From Candidatus Thorarchaeota archaeon (GTDB lineage Archaea; Asgardarchaeota; Thorarchaeia; Thorarchaeales; Thorarchaeaceae), in the NCBI GenBank assembly GCA_016933575.1, contig JAFGAR010000081.1, positions 32,001 to 96,000 on the forward strand: DNA of 64,000 nucleotides. The letters run 5' to 3'. Position numbers and translations under genes: made by a program. This document shows, piece after piece, positions 39,034 through 48,604 of this stretch (its first letter is position 1; each line of letters opens with the position of its first letter). The notes beneath the pieces are model-generated. The model saw only the letters and a list, made by a program, of their open reading frames with translations, was not told the DNA's origin and searched no databases.

Positions 39034-40170
39034 TCACATTGAATTGATATCTCTGATTTTGTCTAAGATTTCATGGGGTAATTGAGGCATTCCCGCAGGC
39101 TTTGCCATAAGGTGAACTGGAGTCGGAGCAGCAGATGCACGCACCATGTGGTATACTTGTCCCAGATTTTGTTCTGCTACAATAATATGGTCGACCTCAG
39201 TAGCAAGTTCTGCTACTTGCTCGTCTGGAAATGGCCACACAGTCTTTAACCGCAATAAGCCGACTTTGATTCCTTCTTTCCGAGCTTCTTTTATTGCCCT
39301 CTTTGCACTTCTGGATGGTGTGCCATATGATATTACAGCAATCTTAGCATCATCCAATGCAACACGTTCTAAATCTATTATTTTGTCTGCATTGTGTAGG
39401 ATCTTGTTATTGAGTCGAGTAATAAGGTCGATCTGGACTTTCTCCTTATCACTTGGATATCCTCTCTCATCATGAGTCAATCCCGTTGCATAGAACTGAT
39501 ATTTTGACCCGAAAAGTGCCATTGGCGGTACAAGATCATCATCGGGTTTGAAGGGGAGATAGTCTTCTGGGTCCACAGTTGGTATTTTGCGATACTCAAT
39601 CTTCAGGTCTTTCTCATCTGGAATGACAAGTTTCTCTCTCATATGACCAACTGTTTCGTCTGCGAGGACAAAGACAGGTGTACGATATCTCTCAGAAAGA
39701 TTGAATGCCTGTACTGTCTGATCAAACATCTCTTGAACTGATGCTGGGGTCAATGCAATAATCTGGTAATCCCCATGACTTCCCCATTTTGCCTGCATGA
39801 CATCTCCTTGCTGTCCTCTTGTTGGTTGGCCAGTACTTGGTCCACCTCTCATGATGTTCACCAATACCAAAGGTGTTTCAGTCATCACTGCTAGACCAAT
39901 AGCTTCAAGCATTAGACTCACACCCGGTCCAGAGGTTGCAGTCATTGATTTCACTCCGGTCCAAGATGCTCCAATCACACTTGTTATCGATGCTATCTCA
40001 TCCTCATATTGGACGTAGGCTCCACCTACTTCTGGCATCCTCTGGGACATCCATTCAGCTATCTCTGTTGCAGGGGTTATGGGATACCCACCAAAATAAC
40101 GACAACCTGCACTTAGCGCTCCTTCTGCACTGGCAATATCGCCCATTGTGAACATGATCCGTTCAGGCAT
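39034..40170 (-). CDS. korA: 2-oxoacid:ferredoxin oxidoreductase alpha subunit
   Basis: YPITPATE, EDEIA, ATSGPG, RGGPSTG, TGLTHDE.G. Confidence 0.93.
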   Translation of the reverse strand: MPERIMFTMGDIASAEGALSAGCRYFGGYPITPATEIAEWMSQRMPEVGGAYVQYEDEIASITSVIGASWTGVKSMTATSGPGVSLMLEAIGLAVMTETPLVLVNIMRGGPSTGQPTRGQQGDVMQAKWGSHGDYQIIALTPASVQEMFDQTVQAFNLSERYRTPVFVLADETVGHMREKLVIPDEKDLKIEYRKIPTVDPEDYLPFKPDDDLVPPMALFGSKYQFYATGLTHDERGYPSDKEKVQIDLITRLNNKILHNADKIIDLERVALDDAKIAVISYGTPSRSAKRAIKEARKEGIKVGLLRLKTVWPFPDEQVAELATEVDHIIVAEQNLGQVYHMVRASAAPTPVHLMAKPAGMPQLPHEILDKIRDINSM

Positions 40171-40521
40171 CTATTTTGAAGCCTCCTGATTTTTAGACTC
40201 GTTATCAAACTCTGGAATGACAGTTCCTTCTTCAATAGCACCAGTTTTGTATGCATTTTCTGCTTCTTTTCGTTCTGCAAGGAAAATTGCCATGTCTGGG
40301 CAGATACGTTCGCAGAACTCGCAATTCACACAGGCTTCGATATCGCATGCAGTTACAGGATGGTATCCTTTACGATTATAGATATCAGTAAAACAAAGCA
40401 CATTTTTTGGACAGAATTCCACACAGAGACCGCATTCTTTGCACTGCTCCTGCAATATCACGAGAACCTTATCTCTAACTCTCGGTGGTTTTGGTGTAAT
40501 TGGTTTTCGAACCGTAGACAT
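40171..40521 (-). CDS. korD: 2-oxoacid:ferredoxin oxidoreductase delta (ferredoxin) subunit
   Basis: CKECGLCVEFCP, N.KGYHP, CVNCEFCERICPD. Confidence 0.88.
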   Translation of the reverse strand: MSTVRKPITPKPPRVRDKVLVILQEQCKECGLCVEFCPKNVLCFTDIYNRKGYHPVTACDIEACVNCEFCERICPDMAIFLAERKEAENAYKTGAIEEGTVIPEFDNESKNQEASK

Positions 40522-40717
40522 GTATGTACTCTCCTGTCTTTTTACAAGAGCTAAGTTCTTCGATAGGCTTGCTCATGCAGTGCATACAGGCATGACCCAT
40601 GGCGAACTAATACCCCTTTTTAGCCTTGCCTTATTGGACCTGACCATTACCACCAGATTAGCAGTCTTTAAGAGTCACTTTTTATTATCTTTAGTCAGGA
40701 TATTGGAGTCGCGGGTC

Positions 40718-41185
40718 TTGACCAACGAGGAGCCTACTGATGAACAATTGGCGGATCTAATTAAAGGCAAGACTCTATCAGTATATTGGTATATGCTCCG
40801 TCATCCTCAACCTATGACCGCAAGAGAAATACAACGTGGAGCTGAACTATCCAGTCCATCTCTGTCGATGCACCATCTTGAACGCTTACGTCAATATGGA
40901 CTTGTGGAGAAGGATGTTCACGGACAGTATAGCATTACAAGGGATGTCCGCATTGGAATATTGAATCAATTCATGGGCCGCGGTCGTCTTATGGTCCCAA
41001 GATTCTTGTTCTATGCTACATTCTATACATCACTTACAGCAGCTCTAGCTACACTTGCGTTTTGGTTCATAGACTGGTATTCTGCTGTCCTTATCATACT
41101 CCTCATATCCATATGTGTTGTCCTGTGGTATGAAGCCCTCAAAGTATGGAGAGAACAACCATTTACAGAAGGTGAAAGAGATTGA
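40718..41185 (+). CDS. Winged-helix DNA-binding protein with two C-terminal TM helices
   Basis: GKT..VY.Y.L, REIQR...LSSPSL..HHL..L...GLV.K...G.Y, followed by TMs. Probable TTG start at 40718. Confidence 0.75.
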   Translation: MTNEEPTDEQLADLIKGKTLSVYWYMLRHPQPMTAREIQRGAELSSPSLSMHHLERLRQYGLVEKDVHGQYSITRDVRIGILNQFMGRGRLMVPRFLFYATFYTSLTAALATLAFWFIDWYSAVLIILLISICVVLWYEALKVWREQPFTEGERD

Positions 41186-41199
41186 GAGTCGGAAGGAAA

Positions 41200-42126
41200 A
41201 TGAATCATAATAAATCGTTGATTCGAATGACGCTTGTCTCATTGTTATCTATCTTGCTAGTCTTATCATTTCTACAAGCCTCTTTATCAATGCAAAATAG
41301 GTTTCATAGCCACACTACATCTGATTTATTCGAGACTTCAGCAGAGGTTCCAAGTCTTAATCTCTATTATTATACACAGGATGATCCAACATTGAAAGTA
41401 GTCACAGATGTGTCTTTCCTCGTGGGTGATCATGTTATAATCCGATCCCGATGGGATCCACTATTAGTAAATCATTCACGCCTGGAGATTATTGCTCCTG
41501 CAATTCCCGCATCACTTCTTCAGGAAGAGATGTCTCATATAGTTGACATTGACACGAGACATCTTGGAAATAATGCAACATGTACGATTAAATGTACAAC
41601 TTGGTTATCCAATGGATCCGCATATACGGTGACATTTGATGAAGTTTTCATTGGTAATTTCTTCTATCCACATGTCAACGTTCTCGCTCCTAATGGTGGC
41701 GAGGTCTGGACAGACACCCATAGTATTACCTGGGAAGCAATTGATTTGAATGAAAATGAAACGCTTCTCTTTGATGTCCTAGTATCGTCGGATTCCGGAG
41801 TGACTTTTAGTATACTTGCATCAACCTTGACAACCACTTGGTTTGAGTGGAATTGTTCATCCTTTGAAGAGGGTGATACCTATCTTATCGAAGTCAGAGT
41901 GACGGATGGAATTTATTTTGTATCTGATAGGTCTGATTCTCCATTCACAATTGGAACAGCGGTCATAACTACAACAACAATTACTACAATTACTACAACT
42001 ACAACCACAACTAATACTACAAATCTACTAACGGATTTGCGTTTCATTGTCTTTATAGTCATATTATTTACATCAAGTGCGGTCATGGCTTTGATCGTCT
42101 ATTATGCTGCACGAAAGTGGTTCTGA
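41200..42126 (+). CDS. Cell-surface protein: signal peptide, Ig-like domain, Thr-rich linker, C-terminal TM anchor
   Basis: VLAPNGGE...ITW...Y.IEV.VTDG...D.SD.PF Ig-like motif, poly-Thr, TM plus RKWF. Confidence 0.75.
   Translation: MNHNKSLIRMTLVSLLSILLVLSFLQASLSMQNRFHSHTTSDLFETSAEVPSLNLYYYTQDDPTLKVVTDVSFLVGDHVIIRSRWDPLLVNHSRLEIIAPAIPASLLQEEMSHIVDIDTRHLGNNATCTIKCTTWLSNGSAYTVTFDEVFIGNFFYPHVNVLAPNGGEVWTDTHSITWEAIDLNENETLLFDVLVSSDSGVTFSILASTLTTTWFEWNCSSFEEGDTYLIEVRVTDGIYFVSDRSDSPFTIGTAVITTTTITTITTTTTTTNTTNLLTDLRFIVFIVILFTSSAVMALIVYYAARKWF
41968..42021 (+). repeat. Low-complexity ACN codon run encoding the poly-Thr linker
   Basis: actacaacaacaattactacaattactacaactacaaccacaactaatactaca. Confidence 0.8.
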
Positions 42127-42137
42127 TATATAGCAGT

Positions 42138-43034
42138 TTAATCTAGAATCTTGTCCAATGCTGGCTGTGTATTTATCATGTGGACTCCTAGCCCAAGTTC
42201 ATCGGGATTCAGATCCATTGCTAAGCCTAAAAGCTGAGTAAAGTAGAGTACTGGTATCTGGTACTTTTGTTCTCCCAATTCCTTGTTTAATTGTACTTGT
42301 GATGCTTCGAATTGCAAATGGCAGAATGAACATACATTCACAATACAATCTACTCCTGCTTCAATCATATTATCTAGCTTCTCTTTGGCAATATCAACAC
42401 TCACTGCAACCTGACTTCCTCGTACTCCTCCACCTGCGCCACAACAGAGAAATTTGTCCTTATACTTGACACTTGTTGCTCCAGTTGCTTCCACGAGCTC
42501 ATCAAGAAAGGTGTGGCGTTGGGTCTGTTTCCATGGTCTGTTCTTACTGGGTTTTAAGAGGTGACAACCATAGTGCACACCTACTCTTAGTCCATCGAGT
42601 TTTTTGGTGACCTTCTTCTTGATTCCATCGACACCTATCTCATCAATAAGCTCGATAATGTGTTTTACACCAACTTTCCCCTCGAACTTTATTCCCATTC
42701 CCTTGAAGACCTCTTGCACCTCTTTTAGTCTCTCAGGATGCTTACGAATCTCTGCTAGAGATTCCATGAAAGTACCATAGCATCCGTTACAGCCAGTCAC
42801 AAGGTCATGTCCAGACATCTCTGCAAGGGCTAAATTTCTAGAAGCAATAGCAAGCCATGTTGGTTCATCAAATGATCTAATGACGCCTGGAGCGGGACAA
42901 CAACTTGCTCCCTCAAGATCCTCCAACTCAATACCTAATTTTGGTAAGACCAGTCTTATGCTTGCTTCCACATTTGGAAATCTATTTGGCATTACACAAC
43001 CAAGAAAGAATGAATATGTCTGTGGTTCTGTCAA
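42138..43034 (-). CDS. hdrB: Heterodisulfide reductase subunit B, copy 1
   Basis: FLGC, CCPAPG, CNGC, HYGCH, CCGAGGG, CSFC (two CCG domains). Probable TTG start at 43034. Confidence 0.92.
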   Translation of the reverse strand: MTEPQTYSFFLGCVMPNRFPNVEASIRLVLPKLGIELEDLEGASCCPAPGVIRSFDEPTWLAIASRNLALAEMSGHDLVTGCNGCYGTFMESLAEIRKHPERLKEVQEVFKGMGIKFEGKVGVKHIIELIDEIGVDGIKKKVTKKLDGLRVGVHYGCHLLKPSKNRPWKQTQRHTFLDELVEATGATSVKYKDKFLCCGAGGGVRGSQVAVSVDIAKEKLDNMIEAGVDCIVNVCSFCHLQFEASQVQLNKELGEQKYQIPVLYFTQLLGLAMDLNPDELGLGVHMINTQPALDKILD

Positions 43035-43035
43035 A

Positions 43036-43584
43036 TCAGCTCTTCTCCTTAACATCTTCGATGAGTTTCTTGAATCCTGTTCTTTCCATGATCTTTTGTA
43101 CATCATTAAGAGCCTTCTTACTCGAATGCGTGGTTGGAGGTTCTTCCGAGAGACCCATATCTTTCCTTATTGCTCGGTTTGCATCATCGATAGGAACTGC
43201 ATGGCCAGTTTCCAAGAGCTTCTGAGATGCTTTGCGGTGTTGTGGCAGCATATACCCTTCTTTGACTGCCATATTTCTCATTATGATTATTGCATCAGTC
43301 ACCTTGATCTGTCTTGGACATCGTTCCAAACAGGTCAGACAAGTAGCACAGAGCCAGAGATCTGGACTTGAAAGGACCTCATCTTTGAGTCCAAGAAGAG
43401 CTTTTCGAATCAATTCCCGAGTTCTAAATGCAGTCCGTCGACCACTGGGACATACACTGGAACAAGTACCGCACTGAATACAAGTTCGAAGTCTATCAGC
43501 TCCTGCTTCTACAACTTTGTCAAGAAAGTCTGGGTCAATAGCTTCATTCTCTATTGTTTCACGGGAGATGTTGTCTGTCATCAA
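43036..43584 (-). CDS. hdrC: Heterodisulfide reductase subunit C, copy 1
   Basis: CIQCGTCSSVCP, W.CATCLTCLERCP, GHAVP. Confidence 0.92.
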   Translation of the reverse strand: MMTDNISRETIENEAIDPDFLDKVVEAGADRLRTCIQCGTCSSVCPSGRRTAFRTRELIRKALLGLKDEVLSSPDLWLCATCLTCLERCPRQIKVTDAIIIMRNMAVKEGYMLPQHRKASQKLLETGHAVPIDDANRAIRKDMGLSEEPPTTHSSKKALNDVQKIMERTGFKKLIEDVKEKS

Positions 43585-43715
43585 GAGACCTCAGCATTCC
43601 AATTATGCGCTCCCTCAATTTGAGAGATATAAGGGTTAAGGCGTTGACCCTACGACCTTTTGGTAATGGATTTAAGGTCGAAATTCAAGCAAACGCGCGC
43701 AGTCGGTGTGTAATC

Positions 43716-44261
43716 TTGACGAGTACTGAAGAAAAAACCGCAATTGACATTGACATTCCTGACGACTCGTTCGTTAAGATGATTATCAAAACAGGGGGTC
43801 CGAACATACAGAACTGCTATCAATGTGGTACATGTTCTGGAAGTTGCCCTGCAGGAGCCCGGACAAATTACCTTGTGCGTGGAATTATTAGGAAGGCACT
43901 TCTGGGATTAAAGGAGCAATGTATCTCAGCTCCTGAGCTGTGGTATTGCACTACCTGCTATACTTGTACAGATAGATGCCCACAAGATGTGAAACCAACC
44001 GATGTAATCAAGGCAATTAGAAACATCGCTGTCGCTGAGGGATACATGCTAGAAAATCATCAGAAAACAGCACAGAAAGTACTCGAAGCTGGTCATGCTG
44101 TTCCCCTTGATAAGGACTCATGGCAAGATCTGCGGGAGAAGGTCGGAGTAGAGAGAGTTCCTCCAAATGCAAGCAGATACTCTGAGGCAATAGAGGAGAT
44201 TAGAAAGATTGCAAAGAAGACTGGTTTCGACAAACTAATCTCAGACGAGAAGGAGGCATAG
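43716..44261 (+). CDS. hdrC: Heterodisulfide reductase subunit C, copy 2
   Basis: CYQCGTCSGSCP, W.CTTCYTCTDRCP, GHAVP. Probable TTG start at 43716. Confidence 0.92.
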   Translation: MTSTEEKTAIDIDIPDDSFVKMIIKTGGPNIQNCYQCGTCSGSCPAGARTNYLVRGIIRKALLGLKEQCISAPELWYCTTCYTCTDRCPQDVKPTDVIKAIRNIAVAEGYMLENHQKTAQKVLEAGHAVPLDKDSWQDLREKVGVERVPPNASRYSEAIEEIRKIAKKTGFDKLISDEKEA

Positions 44262-44263
44262 TC

Positions 44264-45187
44264 ATGGCAAAGAAGTCATTCTATCATTTCTTAGGTTGCA
44301 TTATCCCTCATAGATATCCAAGTGTGGAGAAAGCTGTCAAGTTGGTCTTTGAAGATCTTGGAATGGGGCTTCTTGATATGGAAGGCGCGACCTGTTGCCC
44401 AGCTCCTGGTGTCTTTGGTTCATTCGATAGAGTCACGTGGGCTACCATTGCTGCACGAAATCTGACTATTGCGGAGGCTGGAGGACATCCAATAACAACC
44501 GGGTGCAATGGCTGTTTTGCAAGTCTGTGGGACGCTAACCACGAACTGAAGCACGATGATGAACTACGTGACAAAGTCAACGAGAACTTGGCTGAGATTG
44601 ACCGCGAGTTCAAAGGTACAATTGAAGTTTGGCACTATGTTGATGCCCTCGTTGAGGTTGCTGGTCTTGATAAGATACGTGAACATGTGATACGTCCCTT
44701 TACTGGAGTTCGGATGGCACTACATCCAGGTTGTCATTGGATGCGGCCGAAGTTGGTCAAGCAAAAAGATGACTCAGAAAGGCCTCATATCTTCAGAGAA
44801 CTCTGTGAAACCTCCGGAGCTGTATATGTACCATACAAGGATGAACTCATCTGTTGTGGGGCTGGAGGTGCAGTTAGGACTGCTGATCTTAAAATCTCAC
44901 TGGAATTTACTATGCAGAAATTTGACAGTCTTAATGAGGCTGGTGGGGCAGATATGATGATAACTCCTTGTCCATTCTGCGAGCTACAACTGGACATGGG
45001 CCAGGTAGAGATTCAGAAGAATTTTGAAAAGGAGTACAAGTTGGACATACTTCATGTTGTAGAACTACTAGCTTTAGCATTTGGTCATGAGCCTGATGAG
45101 TTCGGCCTTGCTACTCATCTTCAATATATGCAGAGAAAGACTACACCTCAATGGGAGAAACTTGGAATCAAGATGGAAGAATCATAG
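44264..45187 (+). CDS. hdrB: Heterodisulfide reductase subunit B, copy 2
   Basis: FLGC, CCPAPG, CNGC, HPGCH, CCGAGG, CPFC. Confidence 0.92.
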   Translation: MAKKSFYHFLGCIIPHRYPSVEKAVKLVFEDLGMGLLDMEGATCCPAPGVFGSFDRVTWATIAARNLTIAEAGGHPITTGCNGCFASLWDANHELKHDDELRDKVNENLAEIDREFKGTIEVWHYVDALVEVAGLDKIREHVIRPFTGVRMALHPGCHWMRPKLVKQKDDSERPHIFRELCETSGAVYVPYKDELICCGAGGAVRTADLKISLEFTMQKFDSLNEAGGADMMITPCPFCELQLDMGQVEIQKNFEKEYKLDILHVVELLALAFGHEPDEFGLATHLQYMQRKTTPQWEKLGIKMEES

Positions 45188-45376
45188 AATTATCGAGTCT
45201 GTGGCTGAGCAAAGCTTACAATCTCAATTTTACTAAGATCCTCAAACTGTGTAGTCTCCCGGCGGTGTTTGGTACGCGCCAGATAGACTCGTGTAAAGAG
45301 TCTAGTGGCTTTCATAATTCTAGGACGTTATCTCTGTAATATTAAGTCAATGCATTAAAAATTGTTAAGTGAGATG

Positions 45377-45402
45377 GATTGGCGCCAAACCTAGCGCCAA
45401 TC
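45377..45402. terminator. Hairpin at the 3' end of icd
   Basis: GATTGGCGC-caaaccta-GCGCCAATC. Confidence 0.55.
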
Positions 45403-45407
45403 TGTAA

Positions 45408-46736
45408 TCAAAGATTTTTGATTATCTCATCACTGAACTCAGTAGTAGAGATTGGATCAATTGGTGGGTCTAACTGTCTTGCAATGTCATAGGTGACTTT
45501 CTTTGATTCAACAGTTTTTGAAACAGAGGTCTTAATCATCTTTGATGCCTCATCCCATCCCATATGTTCTAACATGAGACAGGCTGAGAGTATAATGGAT
45601 CCTGGATTGATCTCGTTTTTGCCTGCATGTTTTGGAGCTGTACCATGAGTTGCTTCAGCAAAGAAGATCTCATCATTCAGGTTCGCTCCTGGAGCAAAAC
45701 CAAGTCCTCCCACCTGAGCTGCCAGCTGATCTGACAGATAATCACCATTTAGATTCGGTAAGGCTAGAACCTCGTACTCCATCGGTCTGAGTAAGACTTG
45801 TTGAAACATTGCATCCTGAATCCTGTCATTGACAATTATTTTTCCATCAGCAATAGCTTTCTTCACATCTCCGCTATATCTCTCATCGAGTTCTTCTTCA
45901 GTGACAATAGTATCTCTGAATTCCTCCTTAGCCACATCATATGCCCAGTTTCTGAATTGCCCCTCTGTGGCTTTCATTATGTTCCCCTTATGACATATTG
46001 TAACAACATGACGTTTCTTCTTGATGGCATAGTCAATGGCACTCCTTACAAGGTTCTTTGAGTTCTCTGGGGACATGGGTTTGACAGAGATACCTGATGA
46101 GTCACGCAGACTCTCCGAGTCCTCTGGAACTTTCCATTGTTTTCTAAGAAAATCGATCATCTGTTTGGCACGATCCGTATTAGGGTATGCTTCAATTCCA
46201 GCATAGATGTCTTCCAAGTTCTCGCGAAATACCACCATGTCAATTGCATCTGGATTATTGACTGGAGCTGGAACTCCCTTAATATGCCAGACTGGACGTA
46301 AGCACACATTGAGGCTTAGAAATTGACGAAGTCCAACGTTGATGGATGAGAATCCCTTTCCAACAGGTGTTTCGCATGGTCCCTTTATTGCAAGATGATA
46401 TTCTCGCACGGCTTTTAGAGTATCATCAGGAAGGTATACCTTCCGTTGGTCTTGCGGCGATAATTCCTTTAGCTGTTCATCAGTGATACTTGGGTTGTAG
46501 AGCTTTCGTGCTTTATCTCCTGCATATATTTCAAACCACTCGATTTTGCGTTTATCTTTGTATGCTTTCTTAATTGCTGCATCTACGACCTTTCTCATTA
46601 CACTACTAATTTCTGGGCCAATACCATCTCCCTCAATCCAACAAATAATTGGATTATCCGGAACATTCCATTGACCATTTTTCACAATGATTTTCTTACC
46701 CTTTGTTGGGGGTACAAGTTTTTCAAATTCCACCAT
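45408..46736 (-). CDS. icd: Isocitrate dehydrogenase (NADP-type, bacterial/archaeal homodimeric family)
   Basis: IEGDGIGPE, S.NV.LRQ, FREN.ED.YAG, HKGNIMK.TEG.F, NLNGDY.SD, EATHGTAPK, VTYD.AR. Confidence 0.95.
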   Translation of the reverse strand: MVEFEKLVPPTKGKKIIVKNGQWNVPDNPIICWIEGDGIGPEISSVMRKVVDAAIKKAYKDKRKIEWFEIYAGDKARKLYNPSITDEQLKELSPQDQRKVYLPDDTLKAVREYHLAIKGPCETPVGKGFSSINVGLRQFLSLNVCLRPVWHIKGVPAPVNNPDAIDMVVFRENLEDIYAGIEAYPNTDRAKQMIDFLRKQWKVPEDSESLRDSSGISVKPMSPENSKNLVRSAIDYAIKKKRHVVTICHKGNIMKATEGQFRNWAYDVAKEEFRDTIVTEEELDERYSGDVKKAIADGKIIVNDRIQDAMFQQVLLRPMEYEVLALPNLNGDYLSDQLAAQVGGLGFAPGANLNDEIFFAEATHGTAPKHAGKNEINPGSIILSACLMLEHMGWDEASKMIKTSVSKTVESKKVTYDIARQLDPPIDPISTTEFSDEIIKNL

Positions 46737-46764
46737 TATGTAAATTCTCACCTTTTTATCGATT

Positions 46765-48603
46765 TTACTTCGAAGTGTAAAGTATCTCATCCCAAGGTTG
46801 TCTGTAGAGACCCGCACGCTGTCTCTTTTGATCAAAGATGTGCCCCATCATCCCAATTGACCTTCCTAACACAAACAACCCATTCAACATTTCAGTATCT
46901 AAGATATCTTGCTTCTCCTCAACCGTGAGATCCAAATTCTCCATGAGGTCTAAGAAACAGATACCGATACATCCATCCACATTGAGAATCAAGTTATTTC
47001 GCTTGACTGTCGTTAATTTTTCGACTTCAAGTGCGTAATCAAGGTACGGATGATTTGGAAAGTTGTTTCGAACGTATTCCTTGAGCAATTCCACACGAAT
47101 GTCTGGATTCTGGACAGATTTTACACGATGTCCGATTCCAGGGATGTTCATGCCTACGACATCCTTCATGTAGTCAATGAATTCTTGAGGGGTCTTACCG
47201 GAGTCAAATGCATTCTTGAAGTACTTTGCCGCATCTGAGATTGCTCCCCCAAATCTGGGTCCTACCGTTAGAATGCCTGAAGCTAAGGAAGACATGAGAT
47301 CTTTGCCAGCTCTAGCTGTCACAATTGCATTATGTGCGCCTGACACGGCTGGACCATGATCTGCAGTCAATTTTAGCACAATATCGATGTATTTCTGTGC
47401 AAATTCAGGGAATTCTTTCTTGAACCAGAGATGTCCTATCACATAACCAAGTGATAGGTCTTCTCGTATGATCTTGTCAATGGGTACACCATTGTAAGTG
47501 AGTACATCACCAGTTTCGTTTGATATTGTTGTGACGACATCAGTTGGCCGACGTACGATTCCCCTTGCAATAGCCTGATTGAAGTCCATGGGAAGTTCCG
47601 GTGGGTCGAATTCGACAACAGGATCTATCTTGCCATCAGACATCAATCTCTCGAATATTTCTCTAATCTTATCTCCAAAGTCATCAAATGATGTTGGTAC
47701 AATTACTCCAACATCAGCCAAAGCTTTATTCTTTGCATCTGCGGTTTCCAATTCAGTTCCAGCCATTGCTCCAGCATGCCCAAACTGAACGCCTGCAGGA
47801 AAGACCTTGGAACATGTACCTGTCACCCACATGACTATAGGCTTCTTTATTTTGTTGTTCTTAATAGCATCAACAATGGTATATTCATCCTTTCCGCCAA
47901 CTTCTCCAAGACACACAATCATTTTGATTTTTGGATTGGCCTCAAATCTTAGGATATGATCAATGAGTGTTGAACCTGGATAGCGGTCTCCGCCTATAGC
48001 TATTCCCTCATAGATGCCATCGGAGTTTTGAGCAATCATGAAGTACATCTCATTGCTCATTCCTCCTGACTTTGACACAAATCCTACACTCCCAGGTCTA
48101 TAGAGTTTTGATTTGATAATGTTATCAATAGTCCCTGCTGTGTTGGCAATCTTAAAGCCTCCAGCAAGAATCCCTCCTACAGTTGCTGGTCCAATGATGA
48201 CTTTATTATTTTTAGAGGCTAACTTGATTAGTTCTCTACTTTGTCTCTCAGGAATTCCTTCTGCTATGATGACAACGGTTCTAATGCTTGCAGTTTCAAG
48301 AGCTTCCTTCGAGGTAGGATACGAGGATCTGAACGATGAGAAGTTAATCATTACATCAGCATTTGGATGATTTTTAACAGCTAACTCAAAAGTCCTATAG
48401 ACAGGTATTACAATCTCCTTACTACCCCAGAAGACCTTGTGATATTCAACAGCTCCCTCTTGAGTCAGATGAATTACCGCAGCCACACTTGGAGTATCTC
48501 TTTTACAGATATAATCAAAGTCTAGCATTCTTTGAATCGCATTCGCCTGAAACCCGTAGATGATGGCCTGTGTATTTCTATCAAATAGATCGTATTTCTC
48601 CAT
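46765..48603 (-). CDS. aclA: ATP-citrate lyase large subunit
   Basis: QRMLDFDY, IGPATVGG, LYRPGSV, phospho-His QFGHAGA, and citryl-CoA lyase domain ADHGPAVSGAHN / GIGHRVKS / LNVDG. Confidence 0.95.
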   Translation of the reverse strand: MEKYDLFDRNTQAIIYGFQANAIQRMLDFDYICKRDTPSVAAVIHLTQEGAVEYHKVFWGSKEIVIPVYRTFELAVKNHPNADVMINFSSFRSSYPTSKEALETASIRTVVIIAEGIPERQSRELIKLASKNNKVIIGPATVGGILAGGFKIANTAGTIDNIIKSKLYRPGSVGFVSKSGGMSNEMYFMIAQNSDGIYEGIAIGGDRYPGSTLIDHILRFEANPKIKMIVCLGEVGGKDEYTIVDAIKNNKIKKPIVMWVTGTCSKVFPAGVQFGHAGAMAGTELETADAKNKALADVGVIVPTSFDDFGDKIREIFERLMSDGKIDPVVEFDPPELPMDFNQAIARGIVRRPTDVVTTISNETGDVLTYNGVPIDKIIREDLSLGYVIGHLWFKKEFPEFAQKYIDIVLKLTADHGPAVSGAHNAIVTARAGKDLMSSLASGILTVGPRFGGAISDAAKYFKNAFDSGKTPQEFIDYMKDVVGMNIPGIGHRVKSVQNPDIRVELLKEYVRNNFPNHPYLDYALEVEKLTTVKRNNLILNVDGCIGICFLDLMENLDLTVEEKQDILDTEMLNGLFVLGRSIGMMGHIFDQKRQRAGLYRQPWDEILYTSK

Positions 48604-48604
48604 T

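Noticed and set aside
40439-40717. Long N-terminal ORF extensions (also at 43554, 46835, 52760, 56959, 28818, 33438)
   Set aside because: They overlap neighbouring genes and lack family similarity. Downstream starts fit better.
41968-42021. ACA/ACT repeat as a mobile or CRISPR-like repeat
   Set aside because: Fully explained by an in-frame poly-Thr linker.
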